Below, in pieces: positions 14,578 to 27,294 of a stretch of DNA of 64,000 nt. Within the stretch, counting starts at the first letter, position 1, and each line of letters begins with the position of its first letter. Both the position numbers and the translations under genes were made by a program. Below the pieces are notes generated by a model, which was given only the letters and a program-made list of their open reading frames with translations, did not search any database and had not been told where the DNA came from. Origin of the DNA: Octopus vulgaris (lineage: Eukaryota); contig OX597838.1 of NCBI GenBank assembly GCA_951406725.2, positions 33,666,001 to 33,730,000 of the forward strand, in the 5' to 3' direction.

Positions 14578-15456
14578 TATTCAAAACAAATTTTAATTTC
14601 TATCCCATGTATTTTCTTGACATATTTTATGGTAATTTTGAGTCATCCTAAAATTTTGGAGGATCTATGAAATGTTTTGGTAAAGATTTGGCTGCTACTT
14701 CTGACATTTAGCTACCATAAAAGTAGTCTTTCTTGTTGACTTGTACATATATAAGATAGTAAGGGTGTGATTTGAGGGGGATTTAGTTGTTATTTCTACA
14801 CAACTGAGATAGCAGGTAGAGGCTCCCACATTGGCTTCTATAAACAATACACAAACATGATAAAGTAGGATGTGATTTTCAGGAAATCTAACTAATCTTT
14901 CTACCAGGTCTAGCAACCACATGGATGTCTCCTTCGTTAGCTCATAGATACATCATCGTTTAGCGTCCGCTTTCCACGCTAGCATGGGTTGGACGGTTCA
15001 ACTGGGGTCTGAGAAGCCCAAAGGCTGCACCAGGCCCAGTCTGATCTGGCAGTGTTTCTACAGCTGGATGCCCTTTCTAACGCCAACCACTCCGTGAGTG
15101 TAGTGGGTGCTTTTTATGTGCCACCGACACAGGTGCCAGACGAGACTGGCGAATGGCCACGCTCGGATGGTGCTTTTTACGTGTCACCGGCACGGAGGCC
15201 AGGCGAGGCTGGCAACAGCCACGATTGGATGGTGTTTGTTACGTGCCACCAGCACGGAGGTCAGTCGATGCGGTGCTGGCTACGGCTATAACATATATAC
15301 TTAAGGTAGCAAGTTATGGTACGAGATTTTGCACCATTATTGCTCCTAATAAGGGCCAGCTGATGATAAATAGGATTCCCTTTGGCTGATACACACATGT
15401 AAAATGATGATAATTATGATGATGACAATTCTTATAGCATCAGCTATATGTGTGTG

Positions 15457-15778
15457 TGAAGGTGCATGGCTCAGTGGTTAGAGCGTTGAGCTTACAATCA
15501 TGAGGTTGTGAGTTCGAATCCCGGACCGTTGTGTTCTTGAGCAAGACACTTTATTTCACGTTGCTCCAGTTCACTCAGCTGTAGAAATGAGTTGTAATGT
15601 CACTGGTGCAAAGCTGTATCTGCTTTTGCCGTTCCCTTGGATAACATTGGTGGCGTGGAGAGGGGAGGCCGGTATGCATGGGCGACTGCTGGTCTTCCAT
15701 AAACAACCTTGCCCAGAATTGTGCCTCGGAGGGTAACTTTCTAGGTGCAATCCCATGGTCAGTCATGACCAAAGGGGG

Positions 15779-15782
<4 letters not shown>
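15457..15782 (+). mobile_element. tRNA-derived CORE-type SINE family D
   Basis: A-box TGGCTCAGTGG, B-box GTTCGAATCCC, core tgtgttcttgagcaagacactttatttcac...ctcagctgtagaaatgagt. Also at 12893-13210 (-), 17075-17325, 18343-18616 and 22297-22545 (different tail). Confidence 0.82.
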
Positions 15783-15825
<43 letters not shown>

Positions 15826-16637
15826 GAGAGATGATACCATAAGAATTTTATAAACTTAAGAGAATGTAAAATAATCTTCATTTGGGATTGTGAATCTTGA
15901 AGCAGATAAAGCTATAAATATTAGTGTGTGTACACACAAACAAGCATAGGTATAGGTGTGGCTGTGCAGTAAAAAGCTTGCTTCCCAATCACATGATTCC
16001 AGGTTCAGTCCTACTGCGTGGCACCTTGGCAAGTGTCATCTATTGCTTCAAGCCAACCAAAGCCTTGCCTTGTGAGTGGCTTTGATTGACAGAAACTGAT
16101 GGAAGCATATATATATATATGTATATGTGTGTGTGTGTGTGGATGCGCAATGGCCCAGTGGCCAGGGCAGCGGATTCTCGGTCGTAGGATCGCGGTTTCG
16201 ATTCCCAGACCGGGCGTTGTGAGTGTTTATTGAGCGAAAACACCTAAAGCACCACAAGGCTCCGGCAGGGGGTGGTGGCGATCCCTGCTGTACTCTTTCG
16301 CCACATCTTTCTCTCACTCTTTCTTCTGTTGTCCTGCTCGCTTAGCCAGCGGGGTGGCGTCATTTGAAAGCTAAAACAATGTGGTAAGAAGTTTCATTTG
16401 CACCCACATGGCTCCAGGTTCAATCCCACAACATGGCACTTTGCACCTTGGGATGATCAAAGACTTGCGAGTGGATTAAGCTACTCAAATTATATGTGCA
16501 ATTTTGCAGAGGTAAAATGCAACCCTTACTCACTTAGTTTTTTTCCCAACCATGCCTGTGAAAATCTAGTGTTAATTTTTGTGACTTTGGAGTATTTTGA
16601 CGCCTATTCTTAGCAAAGCTGGTACTGCCCAGTGCTC

Positions 16638-17049
16638 CAGGAGCGGCTGTGTGGTAAGCAGCTTGCTTACCAACCACATGGTTCCGGGTTCAGTCCCACC
16701 GCATGGCTTGTCAGGCAAGTGCCTTCTACTATAGCCTCAGGCCAACCAAAGCCTTATGAGTGGATTTGATAGGCGGAAACTGAAAGAAGCCCATCGCATG
16801 TATGTATGTGTGTGTATGCATGTATATGTTTGTGTGTCTGTGTCTGTCTCCACCAACATCACTTGGTTACCGATGCTGGTGTGTCTACGTCGCCATAACT
16901 TAGCGGTTCGGCAAAAGAGACCGATAGAATAAAGTACTGGGCTTACAAAGAATAAGTCCTGGGGTCAATTTGCTCGACTAAAAGGTGGTGCTCCAGCATG
17001 GCCACAGTCAAATGACTGAAACAAGTAAAAGAGTAAAAAGAGTAAAGAG
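16638..17049 (+). mobile_element. SINE family A
   Basis: Full-length copy. Confidence 0.88.
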
Positions 17050-17731
17050 ATATATATACACACACACAAAGATACAATCGTGAAGTTCTGGGTTCGATTC
17101 CCCGGCCAGGCTGTGCGTTGTGTTCAAATTACTCCAGTTCACTCAGCTGCAGAAATGAGCTGCAACATCACTGGTGCCAACCTGTATTAGCCTTTCTCCT
17201 TTGACATAATTAGTGGTATGAAGAGGGGGGGACTGGTATGAATGGGTGACTGCTGGACTTGTGCCTCAGCGGGGAACTTTCTAGGTGCAATTCCATGGTC
17301 TTTCGTGATTAAAGGAGGTCTCTTTAATACATACATACGTGCTTGAGAAGACCCACCAAGCCATGTTAAAACTGCAGTCATGGCAGATACCAGTGTCACG
17401 CAAATAGCACCTGTTCCGGTGGCACATTAATGCACCCATTACACTCCAGGAGTGGTTGGCATTAGGAAGGGCATCCAGCTATAGAAGCCATGCTAAAACA
17501 GACTGGAGTCTGGTGCAGCCAGCATGGACAACAGACATTAAATGATGATGATACATATATATGAACATGTGCACTTCTGTGACTGTCTCATTGCCTTAAC
17601 ATTGCATAATAGTTTTAAATGAACGTTACTGTCATGACAAGGGTTGGCAACAGGAAGGGCATCCAGCTGTAGAAAATCCAAATCAATAAAATTCTGTCTA
17701 ACCCATGTGAGCTTGGGAAAATGGACATTAA

Positions 17732-17953
17732 CCCTTTAGTGTTCGCATTATCCTACCAAAATTAATGCTTTTTCATCCACATTGCCTTGAACTAATCAGG
17801 CATTAATCTTGTAGCTTTGAGATTTTGATGAGGTAGCTGTTAAGTTTTAAAACAATATTGTAGGGTTGGTGTGAGAGACCAGATCTGGCCAGTTTGAACA
17901 TAAAACAGGCAGAATACTTTTGGCCGGATATGGCAAGTTTAAATGCTAAAGGG
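17732..17953. mobile_element. piggyBac-type MITE (TTAA TSD)
   Basis: TTAA|ccctttag...ctaaaggg|TTAA. Older copies at ~13945-14165, 23918-24140 and 41745-42800 (split). Confidence 0.82.
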
Positions 17954-17984
17954 TTAAACCAATGATGATAATGATGATGAGAAA

Positions 17985-19290
17985 TAGTTTGGTTTGAGAA
18001 CAGGAAGTACTAATGATGCCACCTTCCTAGTGAGACAACTGCAAAAGAAATACTCAGCTAGGAGTAAGATGCTGCACTAGGGTCCCTCACTCTAATCCGG
18101 TGAGCAAAGGATGGTTTGTGAAGCCATGCATGTCATGTAGTCAGTAAGGTGGGAGTTAGCCAAAAGTACTGCGATGAGTTTAGTATGCGGGCAGAGTCTA
18201 CCAGAGCTCAGTTACCTTCTATACATCATAGTGTTATAGACCATAATAAAAGAGTCCAAGACCAGATGTGTCGTTGCCGTAGCTGAAACTGTAGAATTAG
18301 AAAATAAATTCCAGGTGCAGAAGCAAAACTTGGAATCAAAGGGTTAGAGCATCGAGCTTACAATCATGAGGCTGTAAGTTCGAATCCCGGACCAGACTGC
18401 ATGTTGTATTCTTGAGCAAGACACTTTATTTCACGTTTCTCCAGTTCACTCAGCTGTAGAAATGAGTTGCGACATCACTGGTGCCAAGCTGTATCGGCAC
18501 CTTTGCTTTTCCCTTGGATAACAGTGGCGTGGAGAGGGGAGGCCAGTATGCATGGGCGACTGCTGGTCTTCTATAAACAACCTTGCCCAGACTTGTGCCT
18601 TGGAGGGTAACTTTCTGCGATGAGTTTAGTATGCAGGCAGAGTCTACCAGAGCCCGGTTACCTTCTATACATCATACTGTTATAGACCATAATAAAAGAG
18701 TCCAAGACCAGATGTGCCATTGTCTTAGCTGAAACTGTAGAATTAGAAAGTAAATTCCAGGTGCAGAAGCAAAACTTGGAATCAAAGGGCCTCCAAGTTA
18801 ACTTAGCAAAAACCCAAGTCATTAGTAAAGAAAACAGGGCTCCAGAGAAATGTCTTTGTTCAATACACGGAGAACTGTGTAAGACTTCCATATAAGGTCC
18901 CCAATGCACACTATGGACCCACAAGAGGTGCAGTGGAATTTGGGGCAGATTCACAGAAAAAGTAGGTTTTGCATGTGACCGACATGCAAGAGCAAAACAG
19001 AGAGAGCATACAGGAAATAGGTTCCCTTAAGTGGCCAGGAGAATTCCTAGAAATAGTAGATAGCTTCTGTTACCTACGTGACCTAATTAGCAGTGAAGGA
19101 GGATATTCTGGCAAGTATAGAAGCCAGAATTAAGAACATGGAGGAAGTTCAGCAAAAGGTTTCTATCTCAGTGTGAAAGACAGACTGGAAGACGCCTGTA
19201 TATGAACTGCAATTCTACATGATAAGGTGACATGAACACAAAATGCAGAAGATCTGCGAGAACTATAAGAGAAAGAATAACGAAGCAAGC
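17985..19290 (+). mobile_element. Decayed RTE LINE reverse-transcriptase fragments
   Basis: GSTNDATFLVRQLQKKY, LESKGLQVNLAKTQV and EIVDSFCYLRDLIS motifs with frameshifts. Confidence 0.75.
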
Positions 19291-19295
19291 ATGGA

Positions 19296-19676
19296 TGGAA
19301 GCACTCCGTCGGTTACGACAACGAGGGTTCCGGTTGATCTGATCAACGGAACAGCCTGCTCGTGAAATTAACGTGTAAGTGGCTGAGCACTCCACAGACA
19401 CGTGTACCCTTAATGCAGTTCTCAGGGATATTCAGCGTGACACAGAGTGACAAGGCCGGCCCTTTGAAATACAGGTACAACAGAAACAGGAAGTAAGAGT
19501 GAGAGAAAGTTGTGGTGAAAGAGCACAACAGGGGTCGCCACCATCCCCTGCCGGAGCCTCGTGGAGCTTTAGGTGTTTTCGCTCAATAAACACTCACAAC
19601 GCCCGGTCTGGGAATCGAAACCGCGATCCTACGACCGCGAGTCCGCTGCCCTAACCACTGGGCCATTGCACTTCTA
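19296..19676 (-). mobile_element. SINE family C
   Basis: Reverse-complement full copy, apparent TSD gaagcaagcat. Confidence 0.85.
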
Positions 19677-20195
19677 CTGAAGCAAGCATACTCCTTGGCT
19701 ATAAAGTGTCGGTGTGAATGAATGATGTAGTATGAATGTGTTGAGGGAAAAAGTTGACACAAGAGGAGTAATAAGCAAGCAGAAGACTACATTGTGCAAT
19801 GTGTATGGATGAAGACAGTTGCTTACAGTGGTTGGAACCAGGGTAAAAGAGAGACCCAGCAAAATACGGAGCAAAGTGAAGATTGATCTCAGGATGTTGA
19901 ATCGTACAGAGGAGATGACAAAAGACTCGAGACAAATATGGTGAAAACTGATGCTTAAAACGGCGGTAGGGGTGGAGAGTCGGAGCATGATAGGTATCGA
20001 CAAATGCTACCATGAAAAGATAGACAAAATGAACCTTACATGTGCATGCAATCTGTACATATGTAAGTACACACACATACACAATATATATAAAGATTTT
20101 GTATGTGTCTATATACACACACACACAAACATACACAAATAGAGTATATAGATGCGTGTATATACACACACACACGATAATATATAAAGGATACC

Positions 20196-20587
20196 TCTTT
20201 ACTCTCTTTTACTTGTTTCAGTCATTTGACCGTGGCCATGCTGGAGCACTGCCTTTAGTCGAGCAAATCAACCCCAGGACTTATTCTTTGGAAGCCCAGT
20301 ACTTATTCTATTGGTCTCTTTTGCCGAACCGCTAGCTGACGGGGACGTAAACACACTAGCATCGGTTGTCAAGCAATGCTAGGGGGACAAACACAGACAC
20401 ACACACACACACATATATATACATATATACGACAGGCTTCTTTCAGTTTCTGTCTACCAAATCCACTCACAAGGCATTGGTTGGCCCGGGGCTATAGCAG
20501 AAGACACTTGCCCAAGATGTCACGCAGTGGGACTGAACCCAGAACCATGTGGTTGGTTAGCAAGCTACTTACCACACAGCCACTCCT
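20196..20587 (-). mobile_element. SINE family A
   Basis: Reverse-complement copy. Confidence 0.9.
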
Positions 20588-20720
20588 GTGTGTGTGTGTG
20601 TGATATATGAAATTAAATGAATGACAAAAGAACAGGAAATTATGCAATTCTAAAGCATATGTATATGATGTTCTAACACCAGGTTATTAGCATTGAAGCA
20701 AAACATTATCTTGTATATAT

Positions 20721-21097
20721 AGGTGCAGGAGTGGCTGTGTGGTAAGTAGCTTGCTTACCAACCACATGGTTCCAGGTTCAATCCCACTTTGTGGAACCTT
20801 GGGCAAGTGTCTTCTACTATAGCTTCAGGCTGACCAAAGCCTTGTGAGTGGATTTGGTGAATGGAAACTGAAAGAAGCCCGTTGTGTATATGTGTGTGTG
20901 TATGTGTTTGTCCCCCCAACATCGCTTGACAACTGATGCTGGTGTGTTTAACTCCCCCATAACTTAGCAGTTTGGCAAAAAAGGCCGATAGAATAAGTAC
21001 TAGGCTTACGAAGAATAAGTTCTGGGGTCGATTTGCTTGACTACAGGCAGTGCTCCAGCATGGCCGCAGTCAAATGACTGAAACAAGTAAAAGAATA

Positions 21098-21098
<1 letters not shown>
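20721..21098 (+). mobile_element. SINE family A
   Basis: Full-length copy. Confidence 0.9.
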
Positions 21099-21143
<45 letters not shown>

Positions 21144-21392
21144 CACACACACATGCACTATGTGTATATATGTATGCACATGTATCTACACATACTACCA
21201 TGTATGTATGTGTATATATATATATATATATTATTCTTAATCCTTCACCACCCACCCACACACCTGTTTTCTAAGCAAGGGAGCTCTTAATGCATCCTGG
21301 AATGCACCAAGCAAATCATCTATTGACAGATGTGACAACACCGCCACTCGTAACATACTTTTGTAGAGTGCACGATGTAAACATACACACAC

Positions 21393-21441
<49 letters not shown>

Positions 21442-21445
21442 CATA

Positions 21446-21830
21446 AGCGCAGGAGTGGCTGTGTGGTAAGTAGTTTGCTTACCAACCACATGGTTCTGGG
21501 TTCAGTCCCACCTTGGCACTTTGGGCAAGTGTCTTCTACTATAGCCTCGGGCCAACCAAAGCCTTGTGAGTGGATTTGGTAGACGGAAACTGAAAGAAGT
21601 CCGTTGTATATATGTATATGTGTGTGTCTGTGTTTGTCCCCGCAACGTCGCTTGACAACCGATGCTGGTGTGTTTACCTCCCCGTAACTTAGCGGTTCGG
21701 TAAAAGTGACCGATAGAATAAGTACTAGGTTTACAAAGAATAAGTCCTGGGGTCGATTTCCTCGACTAAAAGGCAGTGCTCCAGCATGGCCACAGTCAAA
21801 GACTGAAACAAGTAAAAGAGATAAAAGAGA
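21446..21830 (+). mobile_element. SINE family A
   Basis: Full-length copy. Confidence 0.9.
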
Positions 21831-23146
21831 AATACACCCACACACAAGCTTCTTTTAGTTTCCATTTCCCCATTTGGTTCCGCTTATCGCAAACATCTGT
21901 CCAAGGTGGCATGCACTAGAATTGAACCCAAAACTCCCCAACCACAGTCATTATATATACACACATACACGTACTTTCTGACCACCCTTCCCCACCCACT
22001 GCTATTCAGATCTTCCCTGCACCATCCCTTCACCTTGAAGACTTATAAGAACTTGGCAACTGGCTGGTTAGATGCTCCGTACCACTCAACCCTACACAAC
22101 CAGGGCAGTTTTAAAAACCCTCACCAGTACTACAAAACCTGTCCCTACATTAACCGTTTTTGTTACCCTATTTCTCTTTAAATAGACGAATGGCTTAGTG
22201 GTCAGGCTATTCAGCTCACCGTCGTAAGTTCGATCCCTGGCAGCAAGATGTGTCCTACACAAAGACATTTTATTTCATGTTGCTACCAGTGGACTCGTGG
22301 AGGCGCATGGCTTAGTGGTTAGGGTGTCAGAATCATGATCGTAAGATTGTGGTTTCGATTCCTGGACTGGGCGATGCATTGTGTTCTTGAGCAAAACACT
22401 TCATTTCACATTGCTCCAGTCCACTCAGCTGGCAAAAATGAGTAACGCTGCGATGGACTGGCGTCCCGTCCAGCTGGGGAACACATACGCCATTGAAATC
22501 GGGAAACCAGGCCCATGAGCCTGGCTAGGCTTTAAAAGAGCGCATTTATTTTTTCACCAGTTGACTCAACTGGCAATATTGAGTTGGACCTGTAATTCGA
22601 AGGGGCCAGCTTTATCACATTCAGTGTCAGCTGAATCTCTGAGAACTACATTTACCCGTCACTTAGTGATGCGGCAAAAGAGACCGATAGAATAAGTACT
22701 GGGCTTACAAAGAATAAGTCCCGGGGTCGAGTTGCTCGACTAAAGGTGGTGCTCCAGCGTGGCCGCAGTCAACTGACTGAAACGAGTAAAAGAGTAAGAG
22801 TACCCATTTCAACCCAGGTTAACCCGCGTCAAAATTTTGAAGATAGTTACATCAATAGGGATAACAAACATACGGAAGCATCCAGTTAACCTTTATTGCA
22901 GTAAATAAACCAAATACAACTGTCCTCAAACGAGGACTGTGGGTTAATATGGGTTAAGGGTACACATGTCTGTGGAGTGCTCAGCCACTTATATCACTTA
23001 CATATTACTTTCACAGGCTGTTCTGTTGACAGGACTGACAAGAGCACTCATCATTGTGACTGATGGAGACCCCGTTCTCTTCAACTACACTGTGTTTGTT
23101 CCAATTAATTTTTGAAAGTAAGGAATTGTCTAGTAAAATATTTTTA

Positions 23147-23563
23147 TCGCAGGAGTGGCTGTGTGGTAAGTAGCTTGCTAACCAACCACATGGTTCCGGG
23201 TTCAGTCCCACTGCGTGGCACCTTGGGCAAGTGTCTTCTGCTAGAGCCTCCGGTCGACCAATGCCTTGTGAGTGGATTTGGTAGACGGAAACTGAAAGAA
23301 GCCTGTCGTATATATGTATATATATATATATATATGTTTCTTTACTACCCACAAGGGACTAAACACAGAGGGGACAAACAAGGACAGACAAAGGGATTAA
23401 GTCGATTATATCGACCCCAGTGCGAAACTGGTACTTTATTTATCGACCCCGAAAGGATGAAAGGCAAAGTCAACCTCGGCGGAATTTGAACCCCGATCGT
23501 ACCGACAGACAAAATACTGCTAGGCATTTTGCCCGGCGTGCTAACGATTCTGCCAACTTGCCG

Positions 23564-23633
<70 letters not shown>

Positions 23634-23848
23634 ATGTATGTCTGTGTTTGTCCCCCTAGCATTGCTTGACAACCGATGCTGGTGTGTTTACGTCCCCATC
23701 ACTTAGCGGTTCGGCAAAAGAGACCGATAGAATAAGTACTGGGCTTACAAAGAATAAGTCCCGGGTCGATTTGCTCGACTAAAGGCGGTGCTCCAGCATG
23801 GCCGCAGTCAAATGACTGAAACAAGTAAAAGAATATAAAAAGAATAAA
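23147..23848 (+). mobile_element. SINE family A interrupted by a family B SINE
   Basis: Head and tail separated by a minus-strand B copy inside the (TA)n tract. Confidence 0.88.
23337..23567 (-). mobile_element. SINE family B
   Basis: Full copy nested in the (TA)n of a SINE A. Confidence 0.88.
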
Positions 23849-24156
23849 ATTAAGCTGGTGTCAGACACTCAAGTTGATATGAATTTTTGATGGAAGGTTT
23901 TTAAATTAGCTCACTTTAAACCTTTTAGCATTGAAAATGCCACAACTGACCTGAATATTCTACCTGCTATATGAGCAAACTGACCAGATTCTGGCCTCTC
24001 ACACCTACCCTACAATGTCATTCTAAAAAATAAACAATCACATCACCAAAATCTCAAAGCTTTGAGATAATGCAGGATTAATTAAAAAAAAACAATTTGA
24101 ATAAATAAATATTACTTCCAACAGAATAATCTGAATAATAAACAGAAAGTTTATAT

Positions 24157-24316
24157 GAGGTGCAGGAGTGACTGTGGTAAGTAGCTTGTTTACGAACCAC
24201 ATGGTTTCGGGTTCAGTCCCACTGTGTGGCACTTTGGGCAAGTGTCTTCTACTATAGCCTCGGGCCAACCAAAGCCTTGTGAGTGGATTTGGTAGACAGA
24301 AACTGAAAGAAGCCTG

Positions 24317-24373
<57 letters not shown>

Positions 24374-24605
24374 TATATAACGGGAAGCTTTATGAAAATA
24401 AACAAAAGACGAAGGCAGGTGGAGTACAAACAAACAATTGTATTAGTATGGCGCTCAGGAATAGAAATAGAACAAGTCTTTTATGTTTCGAGCCTACGCT
24501 CTTCGACAGAAAGATACACAGAAAAGAAACAAGGAGAGAAAAAAATTGCATTTAGGGGCTAACGATCTATTATGGCATCATATGTATGTATGTATGTATG
24601 TATAC

Positions 24606-24659
<54 letters not shown>

Positions 24660-24918
24660 AGAGAGAGGGAGAGAGAGTGAGAGAGAGAGACAGACAGACA
24701 GACAGATATGTATGTATTTGTGTCTGTGTTTGTCCCCCCCAACATCGCTTGACAACCGATGCTGGTGTGTTTACATCCCCATAACTTAGCAGGTCGGCGA
24801 AACAGGCCGATCGAATAAATACTAGGCTTACAAAGAATAAGTACTGGGATCAATTTGTTCGACTAAAGGCAGTGCTCCAGCATGGCCGCAGTCAAAATGA
24901 TTGAAACAAGTAAAAGAA
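24157..24918 (+). mobile_element. SINE family A interrupted by a Penelope-like fragment
   Basis: Head 24157-24318, tail ~24715-24918. Confidence 0.85.
24380..24577 (-). mobile_element. Penelope-like 3' fragment with hammerhead-like motif, inserted in (TA)n
   Basis: tcttt-CTGTCGA-A-GAGC(gtag)GCTC-GAAAC-ATA-aaaga at 24514-24477. Confidence 0.6.
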
Positions 24919-24991
24919 TGACAAGACCAAAGGCATTCTCGAGCAGGCTGAACAGCAGCATCTGCAAACTTTGCAGTGCACTTTTACACAT

Positions 24992-25518
24992 GGGCGTAGG
25001 TGTGGCTGTGTGGTAAGTAGCTTGCTTATGAACCACATGGTTCTAGGTTCAGTCCCACTGCGTGTCACCATGGGCAACTGTCTTCTACTATAGCCTCAGG
25101 CCAACCATACTGGCAGAAACGTTAGCACGCCGGGTGAAATGCGTAGCCGTATTTCGTCTGTCGTTACGTTCCGAGTTCAAATTCCGCCGAGGTCGACTTT
25201 GCCTTTCATCCTTTCGGGGTCAATAAATTAAGTACCAGTTACGCACTGTTTAGCCCCTTATGGGTAGTAAAGAAATACATATATATATGTATGTATGTGT
25301 GTGTGTATGTTTGTCCTCCCAACATCGCTTGACAACTGATGCTGGTGTGTTTACGTCCCCGTCACTTAACGGTTTGGCAAAAGAGACCGATAGAATAAGT
25401 ACTAGGTTTTACAAAGAATGAGTCCTGGGGTCGATTTGCTCGACTGAAGGCAGTGCTCCAGCATGACCACAGTCAAATGACTGAAACAAGTAAAAGAGAG
25501 AGAGAGAGAGTAAAGAGA
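24992..25518 (+). mobile_element. SINE family A interrupted by a family B SINE (~25109-25277)
   Basis: A head, B body, A tail. Confidence 0.82.
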
Positions 25519-26089
25519 ACATGCAGTGGAACGGAACCTGAAACCATGTGGATCGGGAAGCTAATGTGGTACCACATGGCCACACCTGCTTTAACAAACA
25601 TACTCAAGGTATAATCCTATATATGCCAGACCAACCCATTGCCACCCACGCTTTCATACCCACACACCTCAGGCTTGAGTTTGCAACCACCACCCCCACA
25701 CACACACACACCAACAATGTCCCACTCCTATACGGATGATATCACCCATCATTTGTTCATCAAATTCTCTACTGACTTCCTGAAAACACTAATTAGTCAT
25801 AACAACCTTGCTTCCACCACAGGCACAGAGAGATGCTACACTAGTGTACGTCACCGCACCCTGTCAACATGGGCTGCATGCGGCAAGAACCTCAATCTTC
25901 ATGGCTCTTCCTCTTTCAGGCCAGAGAAACTAACCCCATACAAGGCTCAAACGAGACCCACAATTGTTCCCATATCTCAGAGATCTTGTTATATATGTAA
26001 ATGTGTATATATATATCATTTGATTATCATGTTATCTATCATCTATACATATAACATCGTATATCATGGTATATACAAACATACAGACA

Positions 26090-26436
26090 TTCTTTTACTC
26101 TTCTACTTGTTTCAGTCATTTGACTGCGGCCATGCTAGAGCACCGCCTTTAGTCGAGCAAATCGACCCCAGGACTTATTCTATCGGTCTCTTTTGCCGAA
26201 CCACTAAGTGGCAGGGACATAAACACACCAGCATCAGTTGTCAAGCAATGCTAGGGGGACAAACACAGACATATATATATATATACACACATATATATGA
26301 CGGGCTTCTTTCAGTTTCCGTCTACCAAATCCACTCACAAGGCTTTGGTCAGCCCGAGGCTATAGTAGAAGACACTTACCCAAGGTGCCATGCAGTGGGA
26401 CTGAACACGGAACCATGTGGATGATAAGCCACTCCT
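26090..26436 (-). mobile_element. SINE family A
   Basis: Reverse-complement copy with a head deletion. Confidence 0.88.
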
Positions 26437-26450
26437 ATATATATATCTCA

Positions 26451-26512
26451 TTGAACACACAAGTTCTTGTCCAATCACCGAAGTTAAGCAACATCGAGAG
26501 TAGTCAGTACTT
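26451..26512 (+). pseudogene. 5S rRNA fragment
   Basis: ttgaacacacaagttcttgtccaatcaccgaagttaagcaacatcgagagtagtcagtactt matches the central part of invertebrate 5S rRNA including box A; both ends missing. Confidence 0.75.
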
Positions 26513-27294
26513 ACTAGTGTACCTCCACTCCCACCCCATCATCGCTTGACAACCGGTGCTGGTGTGTTTACGTCCCTGTAACTTAGCGTTTCGACAAAGG
26601 AGACCAACAGAATAAGTACCAGGCTTCAAACAATAGAAAGAAATACTGGAGTCAATTCATTCGACTAAAACATTCAAGGTGGTGCCCCAGCATGACCACA
26701 ACACACACATCTATATAAAACATCCTGTCATCTTTGACAACATGAAAACCGCCACCTGATCGAGTGGCGTATATCGATCACCATTACCTCTAACCTGCAG
26801 ACAAGCCATCACCCTGTGGTCCTTGCTCCTCATCTTCCTTACCACCCCATTGTGACACAACACTTAATACAATATCCTATCTTTGCTTATCACCTGTTTC
26901 CGTCATTGTTGGACACCGCTTTGAAGGGTTTCATCGCACAATTCGACCCCCAGTACCTATCTTCTATTTCTAAGCCTGGTGCTTATTCCAGAAGTTAACG
27001 GGGACGTAAACAAACCAACACCGGGTGTCAAGCATCAGCGGGGGGGGGAAGACACTTTTCAGTTTCTGCCCACCAAATCCACTTACAAGGCTTTTTGGTC
27101 GACCCGAGACTACAGTAAGAAAGGTATGTTGACAGGGTACCCGAGGTGCACATGTTATCGGGGGTGAGGGGTCCTCCCCACCTTACGACCAACATTACGT
27201 GAGTATCACCAAGTGTCGTCCGAACTTTTGTGGCCATGGTTGAAGACGTCCTAGCCACACCAACAAAAGAAGAATTATAAAAATGCACCATAGT

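Noticed and set aside
15457-15530. tRNA genes at A/B-box sequences (also 16140, 22297, 57860, 60820)
   Set aside because: They are SINE heads: no intact acceptor stem, and followed by shared repeat bodies
25639-26424. 261-aa ORF
   Set aside because: Chance read-through of a decayed LINE remnant (YKAQTRP motif) into an antisense SINE A
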